Shown here piece by piece: positions 21,958 to 33,372 of a stretch of 64,000 bases of DNA. The number at the start of each line of letters is the position of its first letter. Position 1 is the first letter of the stretch. The notes under the pieces are model-generated. The model was not told the DNA's origin, searched no databases, and worked only from the letters and a program-made list of their open reading frames with translations. Source of the DNA: Alphaproteobacteria bacterium (lineage in GTDB: Bacteria; Pseudomonadota; Alphaproteobacteria; MPNO01; UBA830). The translations under genes and the position numbers were made by a program. Where the stretch lies: the NCBI GenBank assembly GCA_964291215.2, contig OZ219791.1:288001-352000 (forward strand), read 5' to 3'.

Positions 21958-22367
21958 CCGGCAGGTCGCCTGCAGGGGTCGCTGCAGAACAGTTCCGTGC
22001 TCCGGAACGCAAAGCCGGCCAGGAACGCGTGGGCGCAGCCGTGGATCAGTTTCACCGGATAATCGCACCCGAACCCGTCCGGCGCTCCCGGTCGATCCCG
22101 ATAGAGCGCAGCGCCGGCGCCTTGTGCTTCATCAGTGCGCCGCCTCCCGGATGCGTTTCCACATACAGATCATGCGGGGGCTGGAGCCCCGAAAACAACT
22201 GGCACAGCCCGCTCGTCGCCTTCGATCCAAAGTAGCCCGCTGGCGGTCCCCGTCGTTCTCGATGACCATCACTGAACGAATCAGCCTACAGTGTCAAATC
22301 TCCACGAAAACCCGTTCGTTGCTCTACCCCGACACCAAGCCGGAACCAGGGGGTGAGCAGATACTAC
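21958..22367 (-). mobile_element. IS66-MTase element copy E: left end plus the 5' half of the MTase
   Basis: Near-identical to the left ends of copies A and G; the end reads gagcagatac plus an extra tac. Confidence 0.85.
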
Positions 22368-22446
22368 AAAACAGCTAAAACTCCGGCCGCTGCGGTGCTA
22401 TAAGCATTCGAGGCAGGCAACACCATTCGCAAGCGGAGGCGTGGCA

Positions 22447-23925
22447 ATGTTAAGATTGGCACAGGGCAACGTGCGCGAACTGAAGAATTTCGTCGGCGGG
22501 CAGTTCGTCGCCGGCGGCCGCACCTTTGAGAACACGACGCCGGTCGACGGGACGCTGCTATCGCATGTCCACGAGGCGACGCGCGAGGTCGTCGACCGCG
22601 CGGTGGAGGCGGCCGGAGCGGCGTACCGGGAGACATGGGGCCGCATGCCGGTGGCCGCGCGCTGCGACATCCTCTATGCCGTCGCCAACGGCATCGACGC
22701 GCGGTCGGACGAGTTCATCGAGGCCGAATGCCTAGACACGGGTAAACCGCATTCGCTCGCCAGCCATGTTGACATTCCGCGCGGGGCCGCCAATTTCCGC
22801 GTCTTTGCCAACCTCGTGAAATCGGTTGGCACCGAAGCCTACCAGCAGGACACTCCCGACGGTGCCGGCGCAATCAACTATTCCGTGCGCCAGCCCCACG
22901 GCGTGGTCGCGGTCATCAGCCCGTGGAACCTTCCGCTTCTCCTTTCGACATGGAAGATCGCACCGGCGATGGCGTCGGGCAACGCGGTGGTGCTGAAACC
23001 GTCCGAGGAGACGCCGACCACGGCGACGCTCCTCGCCGAGGTCATGGCTGCAGCGGGCATGCCCGACGGGGCGTTCAACCTCGTCCATGGATTCGGGCCC
23101 GGCTCGGCAGGCGAGTTCCTCTCCACTCACCCCGGTGTCGACGCCATCACCTTCACCGGCGAGACCACCACGGGAAGCGCGATCATGCGGGCGGCCGCCG
23201 ACAGCATCAAGGCGCTTTCCTTCGAACTCGGTGGCAAGAATCCCGCTATCGTCTTCGCCGATGCTGATTTCGACGCAGCCCTTGAGGGCACCGTACGGTC
23301 GGTGTTTGCGAATTGCGGCCAAGTCTGCCTGTGCTCGGAAAGGGTCTATGTTGAGCGGCCGATCTTTGACAGGTTCGTTTCCGCGCTTGCCGAGAAGGCA
23401 GAAAGCATGAATCTCGGCCGGCCCGAGGACCCCGACACCCAGATGGGGCCGCTGATCAGCCACGAGCACCGCGACAAGGTCACCGGCTACTACGCGCTCG
23501 CGCGCGAACTCGGCGCCGGGATCGTAACCGGCGGCGGTGTGCCGAAATTCGGCGACGAACGCGACGACGGCGCCTTCGTCGAGCCGACCATCCTTGTCGG
23601 CCTGGCCGAGGATTCGCGCATCCAGAAGGAGGAGATTTTCGGCCCGGTGTGCCACATCACGCCGTTCGACAGCGAGGACGAGGCCGTCGCGATGGCCAAC
23701 GACACCGATTACGGTCTCGCCTCGACCGTGTGGACGACGAACCTCGCACGCGGGCATCGCGTCGCCCAGCAGATGGAAGCCGGCATCAACTGGGTCAACT
23801 GCTGGTTCCTGCGCGACCTGCGCACGCCGTTCGGCGGCATGGGGCTGTCCGGCATCGGGCGCGAGGGTGGCCAGCACGCGCTCAATTTCTATTCCGAGCA
23901 GAAGAACATCTGCATCAAGCTCTAG
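22447..23925 (+). CDS. dmpC: 2-hydroxymuconic (or 2-aminomuconic) semialdehyde dehydrogenase
   Basis: [51 protein letters not shown]. Confidence 0.88.
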   Translation: MLRLAQGNVRELKNFVGGQFVAGGRTFENTTPVDGTLLSHVHEATREVVDRAVEAAGAAYRETWGRMPVAARCDILYAVANGIDARSDEFIEAECLDTGKPHSLASHVDIPRGAANFRVFANLVKSVGTEAYQQDTPDGAGAINYSVRQPHGVVAVISPWNLPLLLSTWKIAPAMASGNAVVLKPSEETPTTATLLAEVMAAAGMPDGAFNLVHGFGPGSAGEFLSTHPGVDAITFTGETTTGSAIMRAAADSIKALSFELGGKNPAIVFADADFDAALEGTVRSVFANCGQVCLCSERVYVERPIFDRFVSALAEKAESMNLGRPEDPDTQMGPLISHEHRDKVTGYYALARELGAGIVTGGGVPKFGDERDDGAFVEPTILVGLAEDSRIQKEEIFGPVCHITPFDSEDEAVAMANDTDYGLASTVWTTNLARGHRVAQQMEAGINWVNCWFLRDLRTPFGGMGLSGIGREGGQHALNFYSEQKNICIKL

Positions 23926-23935
23926 GAAATCAGTC

Positions 23936-24730
23936 ATGACCTCCGCCAAAGACGAGGCCGTCAAGAACGCCGCACAGCGCATCCGCAGGGCCTGGAACAC
24001 CGGCCGAACGACGCGCCCCATCCGGGATGCGTTCGATGTCGGCGACATCGACAGCGCCTACGCGATCCAGAAGACCAACACGGACATATGGATTCGCGAG
24101 GGGCGCCGCGTGATCGGCCGCAAGATCGGCCTCACCGCCAAGGCCGTGCAGGCGCAGCTCGGCGTCGACCAACCCGACTACGGCATCATCTTCGCCGACA
24201 TGGCGGTGACCGACGGCGACGAGATTCCCTCCGGGTCGGTCAGCCAGCCTCGCGCTGAGGGCGAGATTGCGCTTGTCCTTGATGACGATCTCGACGGCGA
24301 ACAGCTGACGCTGCTCGACCTGATCGATGCCACCTCCTACGCGTTGCCGGCGATCGAGGTGGTCGGCAGCAGGATCGCCAAGTGGGACATCAGCATTCTC
24401 GACACCATCGCCGACAACGCCTCGGCCGGGATGATCGTGCTCGGCACTAGGCCAACTGCGCTCGCGGACCTCGACCTGCGGCTGTGCGGCATGGTTATGG
24501 AGAACAACGGCGAGCAGGTCGCGGTAGGCGCCGGCATGGCGTGTCTCGGTAATCCGCTCAACGCGGCGCTCTGGCTTGCCCGCAAGATGGTGAATGTCGG
24601 CATGCCGCTGACGGCGGGCGACGTGATCATGACTGGGGCACTCGGACCGATGGCGCCGGTCGGCGCCGGCGACATCGTCGAGGTCAGGATTTCGGGCCTT
24701 GGCAGCGTCCGCGCCGCGTTTTCGGGATAA
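23936..24730 (+). CDS. mhpD: 2-keto-4-pentenoate hydratase
   Basis: [36 protein letters not shown]. Confidence 0.9.
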   Translation: MTSAKDEAVKNAAQRIRRAWNTGRTTRPIRDAFDVGDIDSAYAIQKTNTDIWIREGRRVIGRKIGLTAKAVQAQLGVDQPDYGIIFADMAVTDGDEIPSGSVSQPRAEGEIALVLDDDLDGEQLTLLDLIDATSYALPAIEVVGSRIAKWDISILDTIADNASAGMIVLGTRPTALADLDLRLCGMVMENNGEQVAVGAGMACLGNPLNAALWLARKMVNVGMPLTAGDVIMTGALGPMAPVGAGDIVEVRISGLGSVRAAFSG

Positions 24731-24741
24731 GGGGGCAGACG

Positions 24742-25680
24742 ATGGCAGCGAGCAGGGCCGGGGCGGCGATTGTCGGCTCCGGCAATATCGGCACCGACCT
24801 GATGATCAAGGTCATCGAGACGTCCGATGTCCTAGAAATGGCCGCGCTCGTCGGAATCGATCCTGAGTCCGACGGTCTCGCTCGAGCCCGGAAACTCGGA
24901 ATCCCGACGACCCATGACGGGCTCGAGGGGCTCGTGAAGATGCCTGAATGGAGCGATATCGCACTGATCTTCGATGCCACCTCCGCCGGCGCCCACCGCC
25001 GCAATGCCACGATCTGCGAGGAACACGACAAGATCATCATCGACCTCACGCCGGCAGCGACCGGACCCTACGTGGTCCCGGTCGTCAATGTCGACGAGCA
25101 TCTCGATGCCCCGGACATCAACATGGTTTCCTGCGGCGGCCAAGCCACGGTGCCGATCGTTCATGCGGTCAATGCCGTATCCCGGGTGCGCTATGCGGAG
25201 ATCGTGGCCTCGATCTCGTCGCGCTCCGCCGGGCCCGGCACCCGCGCCAACATCGACGAGTTCACGGAGACCACATCGCGCGGGCTCGAAGTGGTCGGCG
25301 GCGCCGAGCAGGGCAAGGCGATCATCATCCTCAACCCGGCCGAGCCGCCCTTGGTCATGCGCGACACCATCTACACCCTATCCGACGACGCCGAACCGGA
25401 CGATATCGCGAAGTCGGTGGCCGCCATCGTCGAGGACATGCAGAGCTACGTGCCGGGCTACCGCCTCAAGCAGGAGGTCCAGTTCGAGCGCTTCGGCTCC
25501 AACAATCCGCTGCACATTGCCGGGCGCGGTGATTTCCAGGGAATCAAGTCCTCCGTCTTCCTTGAGGTCGAGGGAGCGGGCCATTACCTTCCGACCTATG
25601 CCGGCAATCTGGACATCATGACCTCCGCCGCGCTGCGCACCGGCGAGCGGGTCATCGAACGCCGGCTGGCGGCGGCCTGA
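24742..25680 (+). CDS. mhpF: Acetaldehyde dehydrogenase (acylating)
   Basis: [37 protein letters not shown]. Confidence 0.95.
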   Translation: MAASRAGAAIVGSGNIGTDLMIKVIETSDVLEMAALVGIDPESDGLARARKLGIPTTHDGLEGLVKMPEWSDIALIFDATSAGAHRRNATICEEHDKIIIDLTPAATGPYVVPVVNVDEHLDAPDINMVSCGGQATVPIVHAVNAVSRVRYAEIVASISSRSAGPGTRANIDEFTETTSRGLEVVGGAEQGKAIIILNPAEPPLVMRDTIYTLSDDAEPDDIAKSVAAIVEDMQSYVPGYRLKQEVQFERFGSNNPLHIAGRGDFQGIKSSVFLEVEGAGHYLPTYAGNLDIMTSAALRTGERVIERRLAAA

Positions 25681-25694
25681 GCCGGAGAGCGGTC

Positions 25695-26744
25695 ATGGCC
25701 ATCGACACCGAACGCCGGATATACGTCCAGGACGTGACGCTGCGCGACGGCATGCATGCGATCCGCCACCAGTACGGGCTCGATCATGTCATCGCCATAT
25801 GCCGGGCGCTCGACGAGGCCCGGGTCGATTCCGTCGAGGTCGCCCACGGCGACGGCCTGTCCGGCATGTCCTTCAATTACGGGTTCGCCAAGGAAACCGA
25901 CCTCGACTACATCGCCGCCGCCGCCGATGCCCTGGAACACGCCAAGCTGGCCACGCTGCTGCTCCCCGGGATCGGGACGGTTCACGATCTGCGCGAGGCC
26001 TACGAAGCCGGTGCGCGGTCGGTGCGCATCGCCACCCATTGCACCGAGGCCGACATCTCGAAACAGCATATCGAGTTCGCGCGCGAGCTCGACATGGACG
26101 TTGCCGGCTTCCTCATGATGGCGCACATGAATCCGCCCGAGCCGCTGTCGCGCCAGGCCAGACTGATGGAAGAGTACGGTGCGCACTGCGTCTACGTGAC
26201 CGATTCCGGCGGTGCGCTGCTGCCCCACGAGGTGGCGGAGCGTTTCCGCGCCTTCAACGATGTGCTCAGGCCCGAGACTGAGACCGGAATCCACGCCCAT
26301 CATAACCTGTCGTTCGGCGTCTCCAATTCGATCGTCGCGCTCGAGCACGGCGCCACCCGGGTCGATGCGTCACTCGCCGGGATGGGCGCCGGCGCGGGGA
26401 ACTGCCCGCTCGAGATCTTCGTCGCGGTCGCCAACCGGATGGGCGTCAATCACGACTGCGACCTGTTCCTCCTGATGGACGCGGCCGAAGAGCTGGTGCG
26501 GCCGCTGCAGGACCGTCCCGTCCGCGTCGACCGCGAAACCCTGGCGCTCGGCTATGCCGGGGTCTATTCGAGCTTCCTGCGCCATGCCGAGACCGCGTCG
26601 CAGACCTACGGCCTCGATACCCGTGAGATTCTCATGGAGCTGGGGCGGCGGCGCATGGTCGGGGGGCAGGAGGACATGATCGTCGATGTCGCGCTCGACA
26701 TCGTCAAGGAACACGAAGCCGGCGCCGCTCAGGGTGACGGCTGA
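25695..26744 (+). CDS. dmpG: 4-hydroxy-2-oxovalerate aldolase
   Basis: [41 protein letters not shown]. Confidence 0.95.
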   Translation: MAIDTERRIYVQDVTLRDGMHAIRHQYGLDHVIAICRALDEARVDSVEVAHGDGLSGMSFNYGFAKETDLDYIAAAADALEHAKLATLLLPGIGTVHDLREAYEAGARSVRIATHCTEADISKQHIEFARELDMDVAGFLMMAHMNPPEPLSRQARLMEEYGAHCVYVTDSGGALLPHEVAERFRAFNDVLRPETETGIHAHHNLSFGVSNSIVALEHGATRVDASLAGMGAGAGNCPLEIFVAVANRMGVNHDCDLFLLMDAAEELVRPLQDRPVRVDRETLALGYAGVYSSFLRHAETASQTYGLDTREILMELGRRRMVGGQEDMIVDVALDIVKEHEAGAAQGDG

Positions 26745-26771
26745 GCAGGTATCGGGGCAACGGAGTTCGCC

Positions 26772-27539
26772 ATGGCAGACTGGGCAATGATCGCACAAAA
26801 GCTGGACGACGCGGCCTGCGCGGCGCGCGCGATCCAGCAGTTTTCCGACAAGATCGAGTATTCGCTGGAGGATGCTTACAGAGTACAGCACCTGGTGGTC
26901 GGACAGCGGATCCTGCGCGGCGAGAAGCGCTGCGGCATGAAGATGGGCTTTACCAGCCGCGCCAAGATGGCGCAGATGGGCATCAACGACATGTGCTGGG
27001 GCCGCCTCACCGACGGCATGATCGTCGAGGACGGGGATTCGCTGTCCCTGTCGCGCTACGTTCATCCGCGCGTTGAGCCCGAGATCGCGTTTCTGCTCAA
27101 AAGAGAGCTCCGCTTTCCCTGTACGGCTGCCGAAGCGCTAGCCGCGGTCGACGGGGTAGCGCCGGCGATGGAGATCATCGATTCCCGCTACCGGAACTTC
27201 CGGTTCTCGCTCGAGGATGTGGTCGCGGACAACGCTTCGTCGTCGGGGTTCGTTGTCGGGCCCTGGCATTCACCCGAACGGGATCTCGACAATCTCGGCA
27301 TGGTGCTCGAATTTGATTTCAGGCCGGTGCAGATCGGTTCCTCCGCGGCCATTCTCGGCCACCCGGTGCGGTCGCTGGTAGCTGCCGCGCGGCTCGCCTG
27401 CGAAGCCGGTGAAGTCCTCGAGGCGGGCTGGATCATCATGGCTGGCGGCGCGACGGCGGCGGAAGCGCTGGGCGCCGGCATTCACGTGCGCAACAGCGTG
27501 CAGTTCCTGGGCACGGTAAGTTTCTCGGTCGCGGAGTAG
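26772..27539 (+). CDS. dmpH: 4-oxalocrotonate decarboxylase
   Basis: KMGFTSRAKMAQMG, HPRVEPEIAF, IDSRY..DVVADNASS. Confidence 0.9.
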   Translation: MADWAMIAQKLDDAACAARAIQQFSDKIEYSLEDAYRVQHLVVGQRILRGEKRCGMKMGFTSRAKMAQMGINDMCWGRLTDGMIVEDGDSLSLSRYVHPRVEPEIAFLLKRELRFPCTAAEALAAVDGVAPAMEIIDSRYRNFRFSLEDVVADNASSSGFVVGPWHSPERDLDNLGMVLEFDFRPVQIGSSAAILGHPVRSLVAAARLACEAGEVLEAGWIIMAGGATAAEALGAGIHVRNSVQFLGTVSFSVAE

Positions 27540-27636
27540 CCGGGGCGCACGGGACGGGAATTGCGCGACAGGGCCGCATGGCTTTGCCGGGGAACGAGCG
27601 CGAACCGCCGCGATCCGCTGCAAGGGGAGACCCCGA

Positions 27637-28473
27637 ATGGTCGAAACACTTGATCGCTTGGCAAGTCGTGAACAGGTTCGCACCTTTCACGAAGACGGAG
27701 CTGTCCGTGTCCGCAATGTGATCGACGGGCACTGGCTCGATGTTCTGGAAAGAGCATTTGACGAGGCGGTAGCGGCGCCGGGCGTGTTCTCCAAGACCTA
27801 CGGGCCCGAGGGGAGCCCCAGATACTTCACCGATCACCGCCTGTTCAACCGTTTCGAAAGGTTCCGCAGGTTCCTCTTCGACGGTCCGCTTCCGCAGCTT
27901 GCCGCGGAAATTCTGGGCGCGTCGCGCCTCGATCTCTATGACGAGCACCTGCTGATCAAGGAGCCCGGATCGCCGACGCCCACCTACTGGCATCACGACA
28001 TGCCGTACTTTTCCATCGACGGCTATGATCTTGCGAGCATCTGGTTCTCCCTCGACCCGGTTCGCGAGGAAACGGGCGCACTGCGTTTTGCCAAGGGCTC
28101 GCACAAATGGGGCAAGCTCTTTCAGCCGGTCAAGATCGGCCTGAACGAGCCGGTGACCAGTTTCGACAGGGACAATCTTGTGGCGGCCGTTCCGGATATC
28201 GACGGAGACCCCGAACGCTATCCGACGGTGATGCTGGAAACGGAGCCCGGGGATGTCATCGTGTTTCACGGGCTTGCGCTGCACTCCTCGGGCCCGAACA
28301 CGCGAACCGATGTCAGCAGGCGCGCCCTCTCCTATCGTTTCGCCGGCGACGACATACGCTGGAAGAACCGGTCGGAAAAGCCTCTCATATTCGAGCGCGG
28401 CCTGAACGATGGCGACCCGCTGAGCCTCATTGGCGACGAGTGCCCGCAGGTGTGGCCTGCCCATTGCTCATAA
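27637..28473 (+). CDS. PhyH-family Fe(II)/2-oxoglutarate dioxygenase
   Basis: KEPG..TYWHHD, distal H in LHSSG, RRALS. Confidence 0.85.
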   Translation: MVETLDRLASREQVRTFHEDGAVRVRNVIDGHWLDVLERAFDEAVAAPGVFSKTYGPEGSPRYFTDHRLFNRFERFRRFLFDGPLPQLAAEILGASRLDLYDEHLLIKEPGSPTPTYWHHDMPYFSIDGYDLASIWFSLDPVREETGALRFAKGSHKWGKLFQPVKIGLNEPVTSFDRDNLVAAVPDIDGDPERYPTVMLETEPGDVIVFHGLALHSSGPNTRTDVSRRALSYRFAGDDIRWKNRSEKPLIFERGLNDGDPLSLIGDECPQVWPAHCS

Positions 28474-28484
28474 ACGCCGTCTAG

Positions 28485-29900
28485 CCCGAAGTTCCCGCCG
28501 ATTTCAGCAGAAAAATCACGGCAACTGCTTGATTGTGTTGACAAAATAAGGCGATGATGATGTGAAAATTTTCCCATGTAATGATGAGATTTTCCCTTGA
28601 CACAACGAGCTTTAATCCCCATATACGTTGCCATGTACGTAGACATCGTCCCCAACCGCAACTCGCCGTCCTCCTGCGCGAAGGATGGCGCGAAAACGGC
28701 AAGGTCAGAAAGCGCACCAATCTTTCCTCCTGGCCCATGGAAAAGGTCGAGACCCTGCGGCGCCTCTTGAAGAACGAACCCCTCGTCGGTCATGCCTTCG
28801 ACATCGTCCGCTCCCTTCCCCATATCGCCGCAGTGCTGGGAACCCTGAAGAAGCTGGACAGGCTGATCGATCCGAAGCCCTCGCACGATCAGGTCCTGGC
28901 CATGATCGTGGCACGCATCCTCGAGCCGGCCTCGAAGCTGGCCAGGGGGCTGGCCACAGCGGTCTCCACCCTGGCCTCGATGCGGAGATGGACGAGGATG
29001 CCCTCTACGGCTCCTGGAGCGTCAGGAGAGGATCCCCTGGCGGCGCCTCGAAGAGGGCTGCCTGGTGCTCCTGACTTCAGTGTGGATGGAGGGGTGTCCC
29101 CTGGCCAAACGGGGTCATTCCCGGGATGGCAAGAAGGGCAAGCTGCAGTCGGCCTTCTGTGCGATCGGGACGGCTGTCGGTGGAAGTGTTCCCCGGCAAC
29201 ACGGCGGACCCCGTGCGTCACAGATCACCACGCTGCAGGAGCGCTTCTCCTTGGCGAAGGTGGTGGGCGACCGGGGGACCGAGGCCCGCGAGGAGGTGAA
29301 GCCCGCAGGCCAGCGCCTTGAGGGGCATCCGCGCCCTTGTGGAGGCCGGCGATGTCGAGATGTCGCTCTTCGACGAGAGAGACCTGGTGGAGATCACCAG
29401 CGATGCGTATCCCGGCGAACGCCTCTGCCGCAACCCCCTGCTGGACCGGGCCCGCAAGCGCCAGGAACTGCTCGAGGCCACCGAGGTCCTGCCTGAACCG
29501 ATCGCAGCAGCGACACGGCGCGACAAGCGCCGGGAAGATCGGGGAGAGGGTCGGCAAGGTCATCGGCAAGTACAAGATGGCGAAGCACTTCACGTGGTCC
29601 ATCGACGACGACGGTGTCTTCACCTATGGGCGCGATGAGGCTGCCGCCGAGGCCAGGCTCCTCTACGTGATCCGCCTGCCGCAGAGCGAGCTCGACGGCA
29701 CGGTGCGCGCCTACAAGCGGTTGAGTTCGGTGGAACGGGCCTTCCGCAGCCTCAAGACCGTGGATCTGAAGGTCCGTCCCGTCTACCACCGCCCCGGACC
29801 CACGTCTTCCTGTGCATGCTCGCCTATTACGTTGAATGGCACATGCGCCAGAAACTGAAGCCCATGCTGTTCGACGACGAGGATGCCGAAGGCGGTCTTC
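28485..29900 (+). mobile_element. IS1634-family element, eroded, right end lost
   Basis: MYVDIVPNRNSP..LLREGWRENGKVRKRT, KRGHSRDGKKG, YKMAKHF, YKRLSSVERAFRSLKTVDL, MLAYYVEWHMR. Confidence 0.85.
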
Positions 29901-29904
29901 CGTC

Positions 29905-30301
29905 GTGGCGCCGGCAGGGATCACTGCAGACCAGTTCCGTGCCCCGGAACGCAAAGCCGGCCAGGAACGCGTGGATACAGCCGTGGATCAGTTTCACCGG
30001 ATAGTCGCACCCGAACCCGTCCAGCGCTCCCGGTCGATCCCGATCGAGCGCCGGCGCCTTGCGCTTCACCAGCGCGCCGCCTCCGAGATGCGTTTCCACA
30101 TACAGATCATGCGGGGGCTGGAGCCCCGGAAGCAGCTGGCACAGCCCGCTCGTCGCCTTCGATCCAAAGTAGCCCACTGGCGGTCCCCGTCGTTCTCGAT
30201 GACCGTCACTGAACGAATCGGGCTGCAATGTCAAATCTCCACGAAAGCCCGTTCGTTGCTCTACCCCGACATCAAGCCGGAACCAGGGGGTGAGCAGTTA
30301 C
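29905..30301 (-). mobile_element. IS66-MTase element copy F: left end plus the 5' half of the MTase
   Basis: Same left end; VGYFGSK..ETHLGGG..VCSDPC. Confidence 0.85.
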
Positions 30302-30369
30302 CCCGAAACTTCACATGGAACGGCAAGGGGACTGTCGATCCGGATCGCGATCCCAGATTAATCCAGGTT

Positions 30370-30609
30370 CGAGAACAACACCGGCGAGTAGAAAATCCGG
30401 ATGGCAAAGGTCAAGATCAAAGTGTCCGGATGCTTCCGAATCCCGCTCCACGCCGAGGCCTGGCGCCGAATCTCAATCTATCTCACCTCCATGGCCGCAC
30501 TCGGCTACAGCCCACTCGTCGCCATCCAGATCGCACTCGCCGGAAACGCCGGCGACATGATCAAAATGCACAACACAAAACCCGCCTCTAAAGAGGGATG
30601 AGCAGATAC
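30370..30609 (+). mobile_element. IS66 right-end fragment (tnpC C-terminus plus right IR)
   Basis: MAKVKIKVSGCFR..YLTSM; ends GGGATGAGCAGATAC. Confidence 0.75.
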
Positions 30610-31010
30610 AGGGAGAGAAAACACCGGGCCCGATCACGGTCGAGCCTGTTTCTTCCGTGTTCCGGGTGCCTCATTCATCTGAAACGTGTCGTTCTCGAAA
30701 GACCGGACGGAACATCGCGTTTCCGGCGATCCCGTCCTGCCTGAATTCCGGCACGCATCGCAGCCAGCGAGGGATGCAAACGCTTCGCCTTGTCGCGCCA
30801 GCAGGGCGCAGTGCGATCGCCGGCAGAAAAAGCCGGACGGGGCTCTTTGCCGGCGCCGTCCCCGTTGCAGCGGAACGACCTTCCCGTGTTCAGTCGACCC
30901 GACGCGACGAACCCGTATTTCCGAAGCTCGCCCTGCCGCAGGATGTGTCCTGACAGCATGCAGTCCCCTGTCCACCGGCATGGTCCGAAGATGAGAGCAG
31001 AAATTCGGTC

Positions 31011-32225
31011 CTAACGGCGTAGCATGGCGGCGAGGAAGATGGTGCTGATTACCGAACAGCCGAGCATGACCGCAGCCATCGGCAGCGGCGTTCCGTCATG
31101 GAACAGGCCCACGCACAGTCCGGCGGCCGCTCCGCAGCCGTAGCGGAAGGCACCGACCGCGGCCGAGGCGGTTCCGGCGAGGTGCGGGAAATACTCAAGC
31201 GCGCCGGCGGCGGCGTTGGCGTTGATCATGTTGAGCGGCAACGTAAAGATCATGATCCCGGCGATTGCGCCCCAGACTCCGAAGATGCCGGATGCGATAA
31301 GCCCGAACGCCGCTACGGTCCCGGCCAGCAGCAGCAGCGTGCTGGCCACCATCATCCGGTAGACGCCGGCGGTCTCGACATAGCGGGCGTTGAGCCAGCC
31401 GCCTGCCATGACGCCGGCGACATTGATCATGAAGACATAGCCCATCTCCTGGGGCTCCAGACCGTAATATTCGATGAAGACGAACGGGGCTCCAGAAAGA
31501 AAGGCAAACAGGGCGCCAAAGGTGACGCCGCCCGAAAGGATGTAGCCGAGCGCACGGCGATGCGAGAGAACGACGGCATATCCGCGGAGCAGCGACACGA
31601 TGCCCGGCGATCCGCGCCGATCCGCCGGCAGCGTTTCCTGGATGCGGAAAACGGTGATCAAAAGCGCCGCCAGCCCGATTGCGGCGAGAACCCAGAACAC
31701 GGCCCGCCAGCCCACCCAGATCAGGATGTAACCGCCTGCAAACGGCGCGACCATCGGGGCGAACAGGATCGCGATGAGCATTATCGACATGATTCGCGCC
31801 ATTGCCGTGCTCTCGTAGAGATCGCGGACGATGGCACGCGAGAGAACGGTGCCGGCGCCGCCGCCGACGGCCTGGAGGAAACGGAACAGGATCAGCGACG
31901 AGATGTCGGTGCTGAGCGCGCAGAGCACCGTCGCGGCAATGAACAGCACGACGCCCGACAGCAGCACCGGCTTGCGTCCGAAACGGTCGGACAACGGCCC
32001 GTATCCGAGCTGGCCGACCGTGAAGCCCAGCATGTAGCCGCTGAGCGTGAGCTGGATCTCGGCCGCCGAAACCCCGAACTCCTGTCGAAGCGTCGGAAAG
32101 CTTGGCAGATACATATCGATCGCCAGCGGCGCCAGTGCGGCGACCACCGCCAGCGACAGGATTGTCGACCATTCCGACCCGTAATTGTCGGAACGTCGGT
32201 CCCCGTTGCTGTCAGCGGGTGTCAC
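31011..32225 (-). CDS. Bcr/CflA family MFS transporter
   Basis: AIDMYLPSF, GPLSDRFGRKPV, RFLQAVGG, AIVRDLY. Confidence 0.92.
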   Translation of the reverse strand: MTPADSNGDRRSDNYGSEWSTILSLAVVAALAPLAIDMYLPSFPTLRQEFGVSAAEIQLTLSGYMLGFTVGQLGYGPLSDRFGRKPVLLSGVVLFIAATVLCALSTDISSLILFRFLQAVGGGAGTVLSRAIVRDLYESTAMARIMSIMLIAILFAPMVAPFAGGYILIWVGWRAVFWVLAAIGLAALLITVFRIQETLPADRRGSPGIVSLLRGYAVVLSHRRALGYILSGGVTFGALFAFLSGAPFVFIEYYGLEPQEMGYVFMINVAGVMAGGWLNARYVETAGVYRMMVASTLLLLAGTVAAFGLIASGIFGVWGAIAGIMIFTLPLNMINANAAAGALEYFPHLAGTASAAVGAFRYGCGAAAGLCVGLFHDGTPLPMAAVMLGCSVISTIFLAAMLRR

Positions 32226-32354
32226 GGTCGTCCGCCCTCGATGCGCGCCCTCGGGCGCATACTGGCCGGCCGGCTTTTCGCAGGCGTCCGGCGGCTCGCC
32301 GGCACGAGCAACGGCGCCCCGTGCCGGCGCCGGACTGCGGGGATCACGCGGCGG

Positions 32355-33320
32355 TCATCCGCCCGCGGGCCGGCCGCTGTCCCGGTCCCTGAGCAGCCGG
32401 ACCAGTCCGAGAAAGGCGGGCTCCGGATGGAGCACGATCGATGTCGGGATCTCCTTCAGATAACTCTCGTACCGGCCCTTTGCGTCGAACCGCGAACGGA
32501 ATTGCGATGCCGCAAAATACTCCCGCATGCGTGGGATGATTCCGCCGGCGATATAAACTCCGCCCCGGGCTCCGAGCGTGAGCGCGATGTCGCCCGCGAC
32601 GGTCCCGAACATCGCGCAGAACGTGTCGAGCGCACGGCCGCTCACCGGACACCCCTGTGCCGCGGCCGCGGTGACTGCTGCCGCATCGCGGTCCGGGACG
32701 GTACCCCCGCTCTCCGCGTTGAACCAGTCATGGAGACGGACGAGGCCGTCCCCGGAGAGCAGGGTTTCGGCGGACACATGTCCGCAGTCCCGGCGGAATG
32801 CTGCCAGCATTCTTGCCTCGTCATCCGTGCAGGCGGGCATCGTGACGTGGCCTCCCTCGCCGCTAACGACGGCGATGCGGTCTGGTCCGGGCAGGCAGGC
32901 GGCGACGCCCAGGCCGGTGCCGGCGCCGAGCACCGCCAGTGGCGTTCCGGCCACGCTCCGGCCGTCGCCGATGCGGTGGAGATCGGAATCGGCAAGATCA
33001 GGCAATGCCCACGCAACCGCCCCGAAGTCGTTGATCAGCACGATATCGTCGATCCCCGTTTCCATGGCGAGCCGCGCGGTGTCGATGGTCCAGCCCGCAT
33101 TGGTGAGGCGGGCGGTCGAGCCTTCGACCGGACCCGCCCAGCCGAGCGCGGCGGCGCGGGGCGCGTCCGGCGCCGTATCCCGTTCGAGGAAGGAGCGGAT
33201 CGCCTCCAGAGGTCCCACGAAGTCGCGTGTCGTCAACCTGGTGATCGGTCCCACGCGGTGGCGGCCGGCGCGGGCAAACCGAGCGTTGGTGCCGCCGATG
33301 TCGCCGACCAGATACGGCAT
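32355..33320 (-). CDS. glk: Glucokinase
   Basis: LVGDIGGTNARF, INDF, GAGTGLG, EGGH, GGVYIAGGI. Confidence 0.93.
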   Translation of the reverse strand: MPYLVGDIGGTNARFARAGRHRVGPITRLTTRDFVGPLEAIRSFLERDTAPDAPRAAALGWAGPVEGSTARLTNAGWTIDTARLAMETGIDDIVLINDFGAVAWALPDLADSDLHRIGDGRSVAGTPLAVLGAGTGLGVAACLPGPDRIAVVSGEGGHVTMPACTDDEARMLAAFRRDCGHVSAETLLSGDGLVRLHDWFNAESGGTVPDRDAAAVTAAAAQGCPVSGRALDTFCAMFGTVAGDIALTLGARGGVYIAGGIIPRMREYFAASQFRSRFDAKGRYESYLKEIPTSIVLHPEPAFLGLVRLLRDRDSGRPAGG

Positions 33321-33372
33321 GGATCCGGAGCGCGGAGGCAGTCCTCCGTTGCCGGCTGGCCGGGAATCTGGT

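Noticed and set aside
30634-30994. Small ORFs between the IS66 right end and the Bcr gene
   Set aside because: No recognisable motif or convincing start in any frame.
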